Below are positions 11,125 to 21,876 of a stretch of 64,000 nucleotides of DNA, in pieces. Numbering within the stretch: the first letter of the stretch is position 1; the number at the start of each line of letters is the position of its first letter. Origin of the DNA: Adineta vaga (taxonomy: Eukaryota > Animalia > Rotifera); NCBI GenBank assembly GCA_021613535.1, contig CP075492.1, positions 14,074,001 through 14,138,000 of the forward strand, in the 5' to 3' direction. The translations under genes and the position numbers were made by a program. Under the pieces are notes generated by a model that searched no databases, had not been told where the DNA came from, and worked only from the letters and a program-made list of their open reading frames with translations.

Positions 11125-12513
11125 ATGAAAGGTGTAATTTTGTTTATAATTATTGGATTACTTGCGTATGGTATACATTATTGGTCGTTACTTTTGCCAA
11201 TAGTCAGTGGTTATGGAACTAAATACATCTGTTCATCAATATTTATCGCAGGTCATAATGAAAATCAACAACGTGCAGAAGATTTGGCTTTTTTTCCTCT
11301 AAACTATGCAACGTTTATGGTGAATTATACTGAGTTGTCTGTTACTGGTTCTTTATTTGGATTAGCTCCACGAAAAGCTATTTATCGAAATGGACTTGGT
11401 GCGACATTGATTAATGATTTTACCGAAGAACAAATTCATACTCAACCATTCAAAATCGCTACATTACCTAATGTTAATCAAGACAATATTCTATGGCCTA
11501 TGGGAAATCAAATATTAGATAATCAATATCCTTCTAATGTTAATCAAACATTAGTAGAAAATGTCATTGATACATTATTTATTGAAAAAGACCCTACGAA
11601 CTTGCTACGTACACGAGCAGTAGTTGTTGTATATGACGGGAAACTAATTGCTGAACGATACGGATCAGGTTATTCAAGTTCAACAAAATTTCTAGGTTGG
11701 AGTATGACAAAAAGTATTACTAGTGCATTAATTGGTATTTTAGTCAAAGATAAGAAACTGAGTATAGATGAATCTGCACCAGTACCTGAATGGAATAATA
11801 CGGATGATCCTCGACATTCGATCACAATAAAACATTTATTACAACAAACAAGTGGTTTGGATTTCGCCGAAGATTATTATACGAATAGTGACGTTACTCA
11901 AATGCTGTTTAGTACCGGTGATATGGCTGCTTTTGCTGCTTCACATTCATTAAAATACAAACCAGGTAATTATTGTTATTATAGCAGTGGGAATACAAAT
12001 ATATTATCACGTATTATTCGACATACAGTTGGCGAGAATGATTATCATTCATTTCCGTATAGAAATTTATTTTATAAACTTGGTATGAATAATATGACGA
12101 TGGAAGTGGATGCATCTGGTACATTTGTTGGTTCATCTTATTCATGGGGTACTGCACGTGATTGGGCACGATTTGGTATGTTATATTTGAATAATGGATT
12201 CTATATCAATGAACAGATACTATCGGAAGAATGGGTTAAACAAACTGCGACATTGGGTGGCTCGAATATCCATGGTGAATATGGATATCAATTTTGGTTA
12301 AATACAGGAAAAGATAATGATCCATCTACACGAAGATTTCCAGATGTACCAATAGATATGTTTTATGCAAGTGGTTTTGATGGTCAAGCCGTATTTGTCA
12401 TTCCATCGAAGAAATTAGTCGTCGTTCGATTAGGATTAACAAAAGCAAATGATGGAGAATATGGTGCTAATAATTTTTTAAAAGAAATAATTAATTCAAT
12501 TAGTGAAATGTAG
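11125..12513 (+). CDS. Serine hydrolase of the class C beta-lactamase/CubicO family, bacterial-like
   Basis: WSMTKS (SxxK), YYSSGNTNILS, ARDWARFGMLYL, YGYQFWLN, ASGFDGQAVFVIPSKKLVVVRLG; N-terminal membrane anchor; intronless. Confidence 0.92.
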   Translation: MKGVILFIIIGLLAYGIHYWSLLLPIVSGYGTKYICSSIFIAGHNENQQRAEDLAFFPLNYATFMVNYTELSVTGSLFGLAPRKAIYRNGLGATLINDFTEEQIHTQPFKIATLPNVNQDNILWPMGNQILDNQYPSNVNQTLVENVIDTLFIEKDPTNLLRTRAVVVVYDGKLIAERYGSGYSSSTKFLGWSMTKSITSALIGILVKDKKLSIDESAPVPEWNNTDDPRHSITIKHLLQQTSGLDFAEDYYTNSDVTQMLFSTGDMAAFAASHSLKYKPGNYCYYSSGNTNILSRIIRHTVGENDYHSFPYRNLFYKLGMNNMTMEVDASGTFVGSSYSWGTARDWARFGMLYLNNGFYINEQILSEEWVKQTATLGGSNIHGEYGYQFWLNTGKDNDPSTRRFPDVPIDMFYASGFDGQAVFVIPSKKLVVVRLGLTKANDGEYGANNFLKEIINSISEM

Positions 12514-12646
12514 ATGAATAGAGTTCGTTTTTACACAACAATAAGCATACTCTTGAAATATCTTCGAATTTCTAATCCTTACAATAAGATATATCACCTT
12601 CAAGATTTTATTAATTATAGGAAGTGAGTAATAAAAGCAAAAGAAG

Positions 12647-15506
12647 TCAAAAGAAATCAATTGATTGACTTCGTTTCAGTTCAATCGTAGATGATTCAAA
12701 AGATTTCATTGGCACATATTGTGACCATTGCATATTTGATCGTTTTAGTTTATTGAATCCTGATAGAATGTGTTTGCATATTTCGGGAGAATAACCGGAA
12801 ATATTTGCCGCTCGCTGAATAATCATTGATATATCGTCAGAATTGAAATTATTATGAATTTTATTTTCGAACATCAGTGTCATTCTTTCATGGTCATTTG
12901 TATTTTGAACTAATGTATTTCTAGGAAGTAACACATTCATCATAGGTTTTATTGCACAATTGATATCTGCTATCCATGTACTAATTGCATTGCTTGAGGT
13001 TCGTCGTCGATAACAATTATTGCGTGATGTATTTATAAAATTGCCTACAGATAGTTTATTGATTGCTGTATCTAATTGAATATCATCATGATGTGGATGA
13101 TCTTGTATGGATATTTTGCTTCAATAAAAAAGATAGAATGAAATGATTTCTGAATGGATACAGAAAAGAAAGTATTCTAACTAAGCGAATACAAATTACT
13201 GACATCGCACTTACCTCGTATGACAGCGTGTTAAATGCCAATTTCGAGTAGTATGATAAGAAAATTGGCATTCGTCTACAACACCGGCCGATAGAAGTAC
13301 CTGTGCTACTGGACGAGATACTTGTATGTTAAAATCATTCAAACGAAAACAAGCAGGAAATGTTGATTCCAGATCACTGTACATTTGTGATAGAGGTAAA
13401 TTTGCGTGAAAAGAACGAACTGCTGTATTACAGCCGTCTTCACGTAGTAGAGCATCCTGTACACGTTTTGCAGCAATCTGTGTAGATGGTTTATGAACAA
13501 ATTTGAAAGCTTCTATCAATTGTTTAGTAGTGAGATGTTTTCCAGGTAGAGGTGAAGCACCAGCTCCAGTTTGTTCGATGATATTCGCCCAAAAAAATTG
13601 ATCACCAAAAAATGGCACAGTAATCGTTGGTTTACCAGCACGGAGACCAGCAGCCGTAGTACCTGCTCCACCATGATGACATACTGCTGCCACTATCAGA
13701 TTAATGAGAAAAGCAAATCAATCATGATAACATTTGAACATAAGGAAGTACTCACCATGTTGAAAGAGCCAATCGTATGGAATATCATCAATTTTCAATA
13801 TAGTTTCAGGTAAATGCATCGAATCTACGTCAAAACCAGAAAGTAATGCTCTATATCCAGTTTGCATTAGAGCTTCGAGTATAATATTAAGAAGGCGATG
13901 TGAATCATGACCAGTGATAGAACCAAAACCAATAAAAATGGGCGGTGATTTATCTCTTTTATCATTCTTTGACTCAGAGTGAAGGTCAAGAAAAACTAGG
14001 AGATCAGTTGGCGGTGAAGTATAATTTTTGGCAAGATCAAGAAAGAAATAACCTGATACATCAATATAAAATGGCCAATCTGATGGTTTTGGAACAAGCG
14101 ATGGTGACCAGCAGTATGTGTATGGCACCTTCTCATCAGTCATCATCGATATAACTTCACGCATGTGAAGTGAAGGAAGATGTAAAATCGTGCGACGAAA
14201 TTTATTGATAAGATCACCAATACCCAACCACATCTGTTAATTACAATGGAGTAATCAATTTAAGATGTTATAGATTCTCTTGTAAGATAGCTTACCAATG
14301 TTTCCACTAAACTATATGAATATTTATTTAATCGTTCTCTTGATGCTTTCGAATAATCGACATTGGCCAATGGATGTGGAAAAGTACTTGTTCGCGAATA
14401 AGGCATAGTGAAAACCATATGTAAAGGGATACCAAGCTTCTGTGCACAATGAATATGTCCATAAGAAATTGGGTTAGCAATGATAACTTCTGCTTGAAAT
14501 GGAACACCCGTTTCATCATCATCATCGATACAAGCTGACCATGTTGATTTAAGTATATCAGCAAATAAATGGCGTCTTCGTAAAAGATTACCTTTGATAA
14601 TGGTACTCGCTGATGGAAAAATACCTGAGTTCTGTACCATAAAAGACATGATTTCATCTGGATCACCAGCCAAAGAAAAGAACTCTAAATCATGTTCTCG
14701 AACAAACTTTCGAAATTTTTCATGTGTAGCTAATCGAACACGATGTCCGACAGCACGAAGAGCTTTCCCATATCTAAACAGAAACAACAGTTCCCTTTCT
14801 TATGATTGACTATTAATGACTATACTCACGCAATAAATGGTTCAACATCACCTCTTGTACCGACAATCAGCATAACAATGGAAAGAATCGGAACTATAAC
14901 GCTATTGATTGATCTCAAATCATGTTCTTTCGTCTCCGGATAAGCTTGTGGATCAGCTGTATTGAGTAAAGTAATATCATCAGAGATATTATTAAGATTC
15001 GCATTGAAATTGACATAGTTATTATTAAATTTCATTTCTCTGATATTGAAGATTTTATCAGATGGTACAGATAGAAAAGCACTGAATGAAAGACACATAT
15101 CTATACAGTATACTATCAAGGTATATTCGTGATGATTTTCTTCCATTGTTTCTAAATTTAACAATTTGTCCGGTAGATCAATAGATGTTTGTAATGCTCT
15201 TAAGAAACCAGAAAAAATTTGAACTCCATTAAGCCAGATAATGGTAGATATAGATGATGGATTTAGATTATCAGATGATTTGAAGTTTAGACTGATTGAT
15301 TGTACTAATTGCTGATCTGATAATAAACATTTAAATTTTTTACGATACCAATATTTTCCAGATTTTCTAGTATGGCATGTATGTGGTAATTCTAATGGAG
15401 TCCAGTCATAATCATTGATTGCGCTTAGACCAGTTACACTATCATTACTAGTATTTGTTTGATAGGAATAACACCAATTGTGATCAAAATTGATATCCAA
15501 TATCAT
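12647..15506 (-). CDS. Sterol 3-beta-glucosyltransferase (UGT80/ATG26-like, GT-B) with an N-terminal galactose-binding-like jelly-roll domain; multi-exon
   Basis: IVGTRGDVEPFIA, GHRVRLATH, IIANPISYGHIHCAQKLGIP, WSPSLVPKPSDW, FIGFGSI, HHGGAGTTAAGLRAGKPTITVPFFGDQFFW. First intron 14829-14774. The N-terminus has WTPLELPH...YWYRKKF...IWLNG. Confidence 0.9.
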
Positions 15507-16829
15507 GTTTTTTGTTTTGTAAAAAAGAATGAAATATACTACATATTCTTTGTTATATAATCACTTGGAGAACTGTAATACTCGCTAAACTTCACTATCG
15601 TTGCGCTGCAAATCGACGACAGAACAGAAAGAAAACTATATGGTAAACGTTAGCAATCCAATCATAGGACAGACATGTTTGTGAAATATAGATGTCGAAT
15701 TATAGTATGTAATATACTAAAACACGAGATAATAAGTATTGAAGTCAGTCTAAAGACAGACGCTTTGAAGAAGTACAACAACACCATTATCAGGATAATC
15801 TCAAAAAAATCCTTTACAACGTGCCATTTATATCTACAAGCGATATGGTTTATAAGAAAGAATGTCTGTATAGATAAAAAATCTTCATGAATTCAATAAA
15901 CTATAATTAAACGGAGAAAAGACGTGGTTATAATTTTAACCTTTCTTTGATGAATGAACACTTTCTCTTTTAATACGAAAATGATAGAATTTGACTGATA
16001 CTCATTGTATCATCCAGTGAAATGATTACAATTTGATTAGACTGATTGATTTTACAGTTTTTACTTACCCACTGTTGTACTTATTGATAAAAGTTTCTAC
16101 AAAAATATAGTAATGAAGTAGTAATCGAAATATTGCTGTAGATTTGAGAAGATAAGCAGGACTTTATATAGGCCAAGGACATGGTTGAAGAAGCACGAAT
16201 AGTTACGCAAGAGACATAAATAAGACGAGACGGCAAATAAAATCAGTGGCATAACATAAAACAAAAGCAATAAGCAAATTTCAAATGAATATTTGGATAA
16301 GAGAACGGCTGTTATTCTTCATTAGCGGCACGTGTCAAAATAAACGTCTGTATCTAATTGAATGCAAATTACAATCGATAAATCAATATCGACCACCCGG
16401 CTCGTGTAAAAAACAAATACCTTAAAACCTACTTTACCGATCATAATGTGTTTTGACGGTAATGAAAGTTTTTTTACATGTCATAAATCACTTTTCAACT
16501 TTCATAGTTTTAATAATAATCCTATAGATTTAAAGATTCTTTAACTTTTCTTCTTTTAGTTCGATTTCAAAAGAAAACATCCGAGCTTTCCAAAATATAA
16601 ACAAAACAAGTTCTAATATTAAAACTTCATCAAATGCATTAGACATCTCGCTAAACTGCATCGCACCCTCTATTAACTGTAGTGAATAACTTAAGATAAA
16701 AATGCAAATTATTCTTCTGAAAATTTATATTTAACATGGATATCTAATACAATAATTGCATCCATTATAAAGACTATAACACGAATAAGAAATTCTCATT
16801 TAACTTTTTACAAAAGTGTTTGAGTACAT

Positions 16830-17711
16830 ATGCTAACAGATTTGTTTTATACGTTGAATTTCTCATTTACAATTACAGTTTCATTGATTGGTTTAATATT
16901 TAGTTGCTTATTAATTGGCAATATTATTTCTCATCGAAAATGTTATACAGTAAAAAATTTACTTCTATGTGAATTTTGTATCAATGCATTGATCTTTTTT
17001 CTTACTACTCTTATTGAATGTTTCTATGGTATGCATTCAACTAGGCCTAATGAACAACCATTTTGTAAATTACGAGCTTATATTATATTAGCAACAGTAA
17101 CATCAGCTTCATATTCGTTTTTGATTCAATCAATTAGTCGATTATTTTTTATTTGGTTTCATACTAATCGTATTCTGATATCATGGCGAACACACTGGAT
17201 TTTAATTGTCATTAAATATACTTTAAGTTATCTCATTTCAATTCAACCATTTTTCGTTGAACATGGCTTTGATTTTATAGATGATGTTCGAATGTGTTCA
17301 ATCACGATGAAAATACCACTTGTATCATTATATACTCTAATTATGTCATCTCTATTACCAACGAATGGTGTTATCATTATTTACAGTATTCTTCTTTATC
17401 GAATTCGTTGTTTAGTACGACGAGTATCACCAATGATCAATAGAAGTCCGCGTGTTATTATTGCTAAAAGAAATTTGAAGATCCTGCAGCATATTTTAAT
17501 TCTTCTTAGTATTCTAGCATGTGGAAGTATCCCATTTGGTATAGTTTGCTTTTGGAATATCATTAGTGATCATGATGTTCCTGAAGAAATGCATTTTATA
17601 TCAGTGAACTTTCTAGTATTATCTGCTACAGTTATGACAACAGTTTTAGTTTTTCGGAATAAAATGGTGAAGGACATTCTCGTGAAATTCTATCAATTAC
17701 GTTGTCAATAA
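16830..17711 (+). CDS. Class A (rhodopsin-like) GPCR, divergent
   Basis: Seven hydrophobic segments, FCKLRAY (TM3 Cys), QSISRL at the DRY position, CGSIPF in TM6; intronless. Confidence 0.8.
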   Translation: MLTDLFYTLNFSFTITVSLIGLIFSCLLIGNIISHRKCYTVKNLLLCEFCINALIFFLTTLIECFYGMHSTRPNEQPFCKLRAYIILATVTSASYSFLIQSISRLFFIWFHTNRILISWRTHWILIVIKYTLSYLISIQPFFVEHGFDFIDDVRMCSITMKIPLVSLYTLIMSSLLPTNGVIIIYSILLYRIRCLVRRVSPMINRSPRVIIAKRNLKILQHILILLSILACGSIPFGIVCFWNIISDHDVPEEMHFISVNFLVLSATVMTTVLVFRNKMVKDILVKFYQLRCQ

Positions 17712-18187
17712 TAAAGGTTTTTTATTTTTTGTTGAGTGGCGTGATGTAAGATTATGGTTGAATGAAATAAAATAAATGAGTAAAGGAATGAATGTGAAAC
17801 TTCTACTTGTTTGTCATGAGGTTTAGAGGAAATAACATGTGCTTTGATAATATTTTTCAAATGATACATAACAAATATCGCACTTTCTCTCGCCTGAAGA
17901 ACTATATACATCGTGCAAAAGATTGGTTAGAAGAAAGGCAGTGTTTTTTTCACTATTGATCCGCTTGATGACTTCAGATAGAAGTTACTGGTTATACTTT
18001 TGGAAAACTTTGCTATAATCAAATGTACCAATTTATTGCTACAAAATAGAATAAAATCAAACGGAAAATAGTCTAATTACGATCGTAAGATTTAAGCATC
18101 GCATAAAACAATTACTTGTAGTTGTTAACTAATGTAAATGTGTAGATTCTGCTTGTTTTACTGTTACTCGTAGTATAGAAATACTCA

Positions 18188-19367
18188 TCACGATTCATAA
18201 AATAATTTGGAATTTTCATCAAAATCAACATTAGCGTAATTTTTTTGCATTTTTTGTTTTCGTTGTTGATTTACTTTTTTCTTTTTCTGTTTATTTTGTT
18301 TGTTGGATGATGCGTGTCGCGTATTACTGTCATCGAAAGACATTGCTGCAATTTGTTTTTGAATACTCAATAGATCAGTAGCATTGAATACTTGTTTGAA
18401 TATTCGACACATTTCAAAATTGGTAATTGCAAAAATGATTCGTTTAAATGAATTTCTGTACTCACTGGATTCCAGCTGTTCTCGAAAAATCATTGCCACA
18501 TCAAAGGGATTATTTCTGAATACACCACAACCGAATGCTCCCAAGATAAGTACATCATGTTTGTGTGCTTTAAAAACATATAACAAACGTTTAACACGTT
18601 GTTCCATTGTTATTCGACTTTCTATTCGATCCTTAATCACACCTGCATTAGGAGCAGGAACAGTAAGAATACCAACATGATATGGTAGAGATAATAATTC
18701 TCCATCGTCATCCTTCGAAAAGAAAACATAGAAAAAAATATTTAATAAAACCTAACTTTCATACCTTGAAAATTGTAACTCGTGGTGAATAAATCATTCG
18801 ATGACTATAGTAACCTCGTTCACCATGTCGATTATATCCGTAGTATCCACTCATGAATTGTGGTTGTGTAATAGCTAGATAAAGTGCTGAAGATCTAGCG
18901 ATGGATTCTTCTTGTGCTTGTGCACCGCCAAGAAATCCACCGCCAGGATTTTTTGCTGATGCAAAATTCAATACTCCAATTTGATCTTCATCGACTTCAC
19001 CAACTAACTCACGTGCTGCTTCTAATGTAGTACAATGTTGTACTTCGATTTTTGTTTGCAAAGTATCAGAATCGACGCTGAATGATGACGCTGATGAAGT
19101 TGATTCATCCAAAATTCTAATCAATTGTTTTATATTCTGCAGATCATCTTCAGTGTACAAAATACTATTATTATTAGTAAATGTCACATCATCGGTAAGA
19201 TTTATTTTAGAACCATCAGATGATTTATACCAACCATTTTTAAGCTTGTCTAGAGTATCTTTTGCAATTGATGCACGTTTGGGTCGTGAAGGTTGAACTG
19301 AAGATTTAGTGTCTTCAACATCACTGTTCTCATCTATTGTAGTTATATTCGATGCTTGTGCAGCCAT
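18188..19367 (-). CDS. TIGR02452/DUF2263 microbial-type poly(ADP-ribose) glycohydrolase (macrodomain), 2 exons
   Basis: VLNFASAKNPGGGFLGGAQAQEESIARSSALY (PARG GGG-x6-QEE), IYSPRVTIFK, TVPAPNAG, LILGAFGCGVFRN; 52-bp GT-AG intron 18764-18713. Confidence 0.93.
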
Positions 19368-19807
19368 TGTATTAATCTAATATGAAAAGGAAAAAACTGA
19401 TCAGTAAATGTATAAATAAAATGCGAAAAATTCGACTGGAAATATAAACAAAGCAGTAGATATTACATTGTAAAATGCCCCAGCCATGAAATATACTGAC
19501 TCGTATAGGTTTTTTTCATGCGCATTGAATAAAAAATAAAAATCATTCTCTCCTTTATACATACATTCTTGCGCAATCTCTATCGTCACGTAAAAATGAC
19601 TCATTATTTACTCAACAACAAATCATTGATGAAAGAGTATATTTTCATATCTCGTTGAAATTTTGTTAATAAAAGGTTGACCAACTATCACAACGATTTT
19701 AATTATCTATTCACAATGGTAAATAATGAATCGTTCGATATTTTACATTCTGAAATGATTAGAAAAAACATTGAGTTTCAAATACCTAATAAGATCTTAT
19801 TGCACTT

Positions 19808-19960
19808 CCTCTTAAACCATCTGTTTTCCATGGATTATTTGTATCAAGATAATAACAAGTTGATGTGAATATTTCCATTTCATAATTTGAAGTAAAATGT
19901 ACTTGTTTATCTGCAGTTGATGGATTATTCAATGAAGAATTCAAACAAAGATCATTCATT
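19808..19960 (-). pseudogene. Orphan fragment resembling the GAIN/GPS region of a PKD1-like polycystin
   Basis: CLNSSLNNP...FTSNYEMEIFTSTCYYLDTNNPWKTDGL fits the CxYxDxxxxWxxDG start of a GPS motif. No rest of the gene nearby; the likely splice donor is degenerate (ggaagt). Confidence 0.55.
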
Positions 19961-20473
19961 ATCAATAAAATATGTACAAATGCTTTCATTATTCAAATCT
20001 TAAACGACACTTTTCGATGATCGAGAGAAAAAATGATGATAAAAAGAAAAGAATAAAACTACTCGATTGATGAATAAAGAATAGTCCATCCATCATAATT
20101 CGGTTTTCTCGAGCGACAATCAATATATACTACTTCTATTTGATATTATGAGTATGGTTATTGGTACATAACAATACAGACCATCTCGATTCGTTCTCTT
20201 TATGATAGAATCAGTAAGATTGGTCTTTATGAAAAATATTTATATTCATTTTACTATTTCTCTGAATCGTCTTTGTCTATTCTCACCCTTATCACTGAAT
20301 GAGATTGCATTTATATGAAGATAATTATAAATGCAACGGCCATAAGATTTCATCCTTCTCTCACTGTCTCTTATCAAAATTGATAAAAGAAAACGGATCT
20401 TCGTTTTTCTTTTAACATACGCATTCACCAACAAGAAGTCTGAAGTAAGTATACAATAGAAAGAGAGTATTCA

Positions 20474-21619
20474 ATGAAAGAAATAAGTTTTTTATTAAAC
20501 ATCTTTGCATTATTTCTAATATCGACTCATTCTACTCTTGTAAAATGTCGAGATATTGAAGATATCATTTCAAATCCTTATGGAACGAAAACACATGGAC
20601 CAAACAAATCTCTGGATGAGCTTCGTGAACAAATGATTAATCTTCATTATTCCAACAATCTTACTTATTTCAATAACATTACATATGAAACGTACAACAT
20701 CAGTAAACAAGAAGGAAGATCTGCACGTTTTATGAAAAGAGAAATTGGAATTGATTTTAATAGTCAATTAATTAACGGTCGATTCTATCGATTAGAAAAT
20801 CCATTAGAACATTTCTCCATATTAGAACCCGCAAATGGATGTAATAATGGCACAACTTTGACAAGACAAACTGCTGAACAACGAAAATGTATTATTGCTA
20901 CAAATGCAGGATTTTTCAATACTAAAACAGGTAATTGTCTCGGTAATGTTATCAGTGATGGAAGAATTATTCAAAAGTCTGGTACACATAATGCTAATTT
21001 TGGTATTACAAAAGATGGTAGATTTGTTATTGGATATATAGATATCTCTCAAATAGCTGAATTCGACCAATTAGTCGGAGGTGTAATATGGTTAGTTAGA
21101 AATGGATTATCCTATGTGAATATAAGTGAAACATTAGAAGATATGTCCACACAAGAAACAGGTCCAACTTTTGTAACAGTTAGAGCAGGACGAGTTGCTT
21201 TAGGTCATGATGTCGATGGTAGAATTATGATATTAGTTATGGATGGAACATCATCATATAAAAAAGGTCCAAATTTACATGAAATGGCACAATTAATGAT
21301 CGATTTGGGAGCTGTAAATGCCATCAATTTAGATGGTGGTGGAAGTAGTACAGCAATAGAAAATGGTTCTCTCGTTAATTATGTCAGTGATTCTTGTCCA
21401 GGATCAGATATTGAAAATTCGATATCACGCTGCGAAAGACGTGTAACGACTATCACTTGTATCTACGATATTTTAGAAAAGAACGATCGTGAAACAAATT
21501 GGAAATCATTAACAATAATCTTTGGATCTATCAGTGCAGTAATGCTCATCGTGACTATACTGATGAGTATTGCTTTCATACTATTACGACGAAAATATCA
21601 ATCTCATTGTCGTAGATGA
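20474..21619 (+). CDS. NAGPA: NAGPA-like phosphodiester glycosidase (uncovering-enzyme family, DUF2233), type I membrane protein
   Basis: Signal peptide, FSILEPANGC, CIIATNAGFFN, CLGNVISDG, QLVGGVIWLVRNG, NAINLDGGGSST, CERRVTTITCI, then a TM helix and basic tail. No EGF repeats. Confidence 0.85.
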   Translation: MKEISFLLNIFALFLISTHSTLVKCRDIEDIISNPYGTKTHGPNKSLDELREQMINLHYSNNLTYFNNITYETYNISKQEGRSARFMKREIGIDFNSQLINGRFYRLENPLEHFSILEPANGCNNGTTLTRQTAEQRKCIIATNAGFFNTKTGNCLGNVISDGRIIQKSGTHNANFGITKDGRFVIGYIDISQIAEFDQLVGGVIWLVRNGLSYVNISETLEDMSTQETGPTFVTVRAGRVALGHDVDGRIMILVMDGTSSYKKGPNLHEMAQLMIDLGAVNAINLDGGGSSTAIENGSLVNYVSDSCPGSDIENSISRCERRVTTITCIYDILEKNDRETNWKSLTIIFGSISAVMLIVTILMSIAFILLRRKYQSHCRR

Positions 21620-21876
21620 GTATTAACTTCATTTGAATTCTTTAACATTTATGAACTAATAGTATGCTTTTCATATACCGAGAATGTAATATTCATCAGC
21701 AGAGGTATTTTCTTCTACACATTTGTTGTTGTCAAAAGGTAACCAGATTGTATGTCTGATTGGTTCTCTGTCGCTTGGTGAAAGAAAAAGAAAAAAAATT
21801 TATTTTGCTAAAACAAATAATAGAGAAAGTAGAAAAATGAAATTCTTTCCTCATTTTTCTTTTCTAGAGAAAAAGA

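Noticed and set aside
15510-16829. Long intergenic region with a CACGTG E-box and a 71-aa ORF
   Set aside because: A single hexamer and a motif-less ORF are not enough to support a feature.
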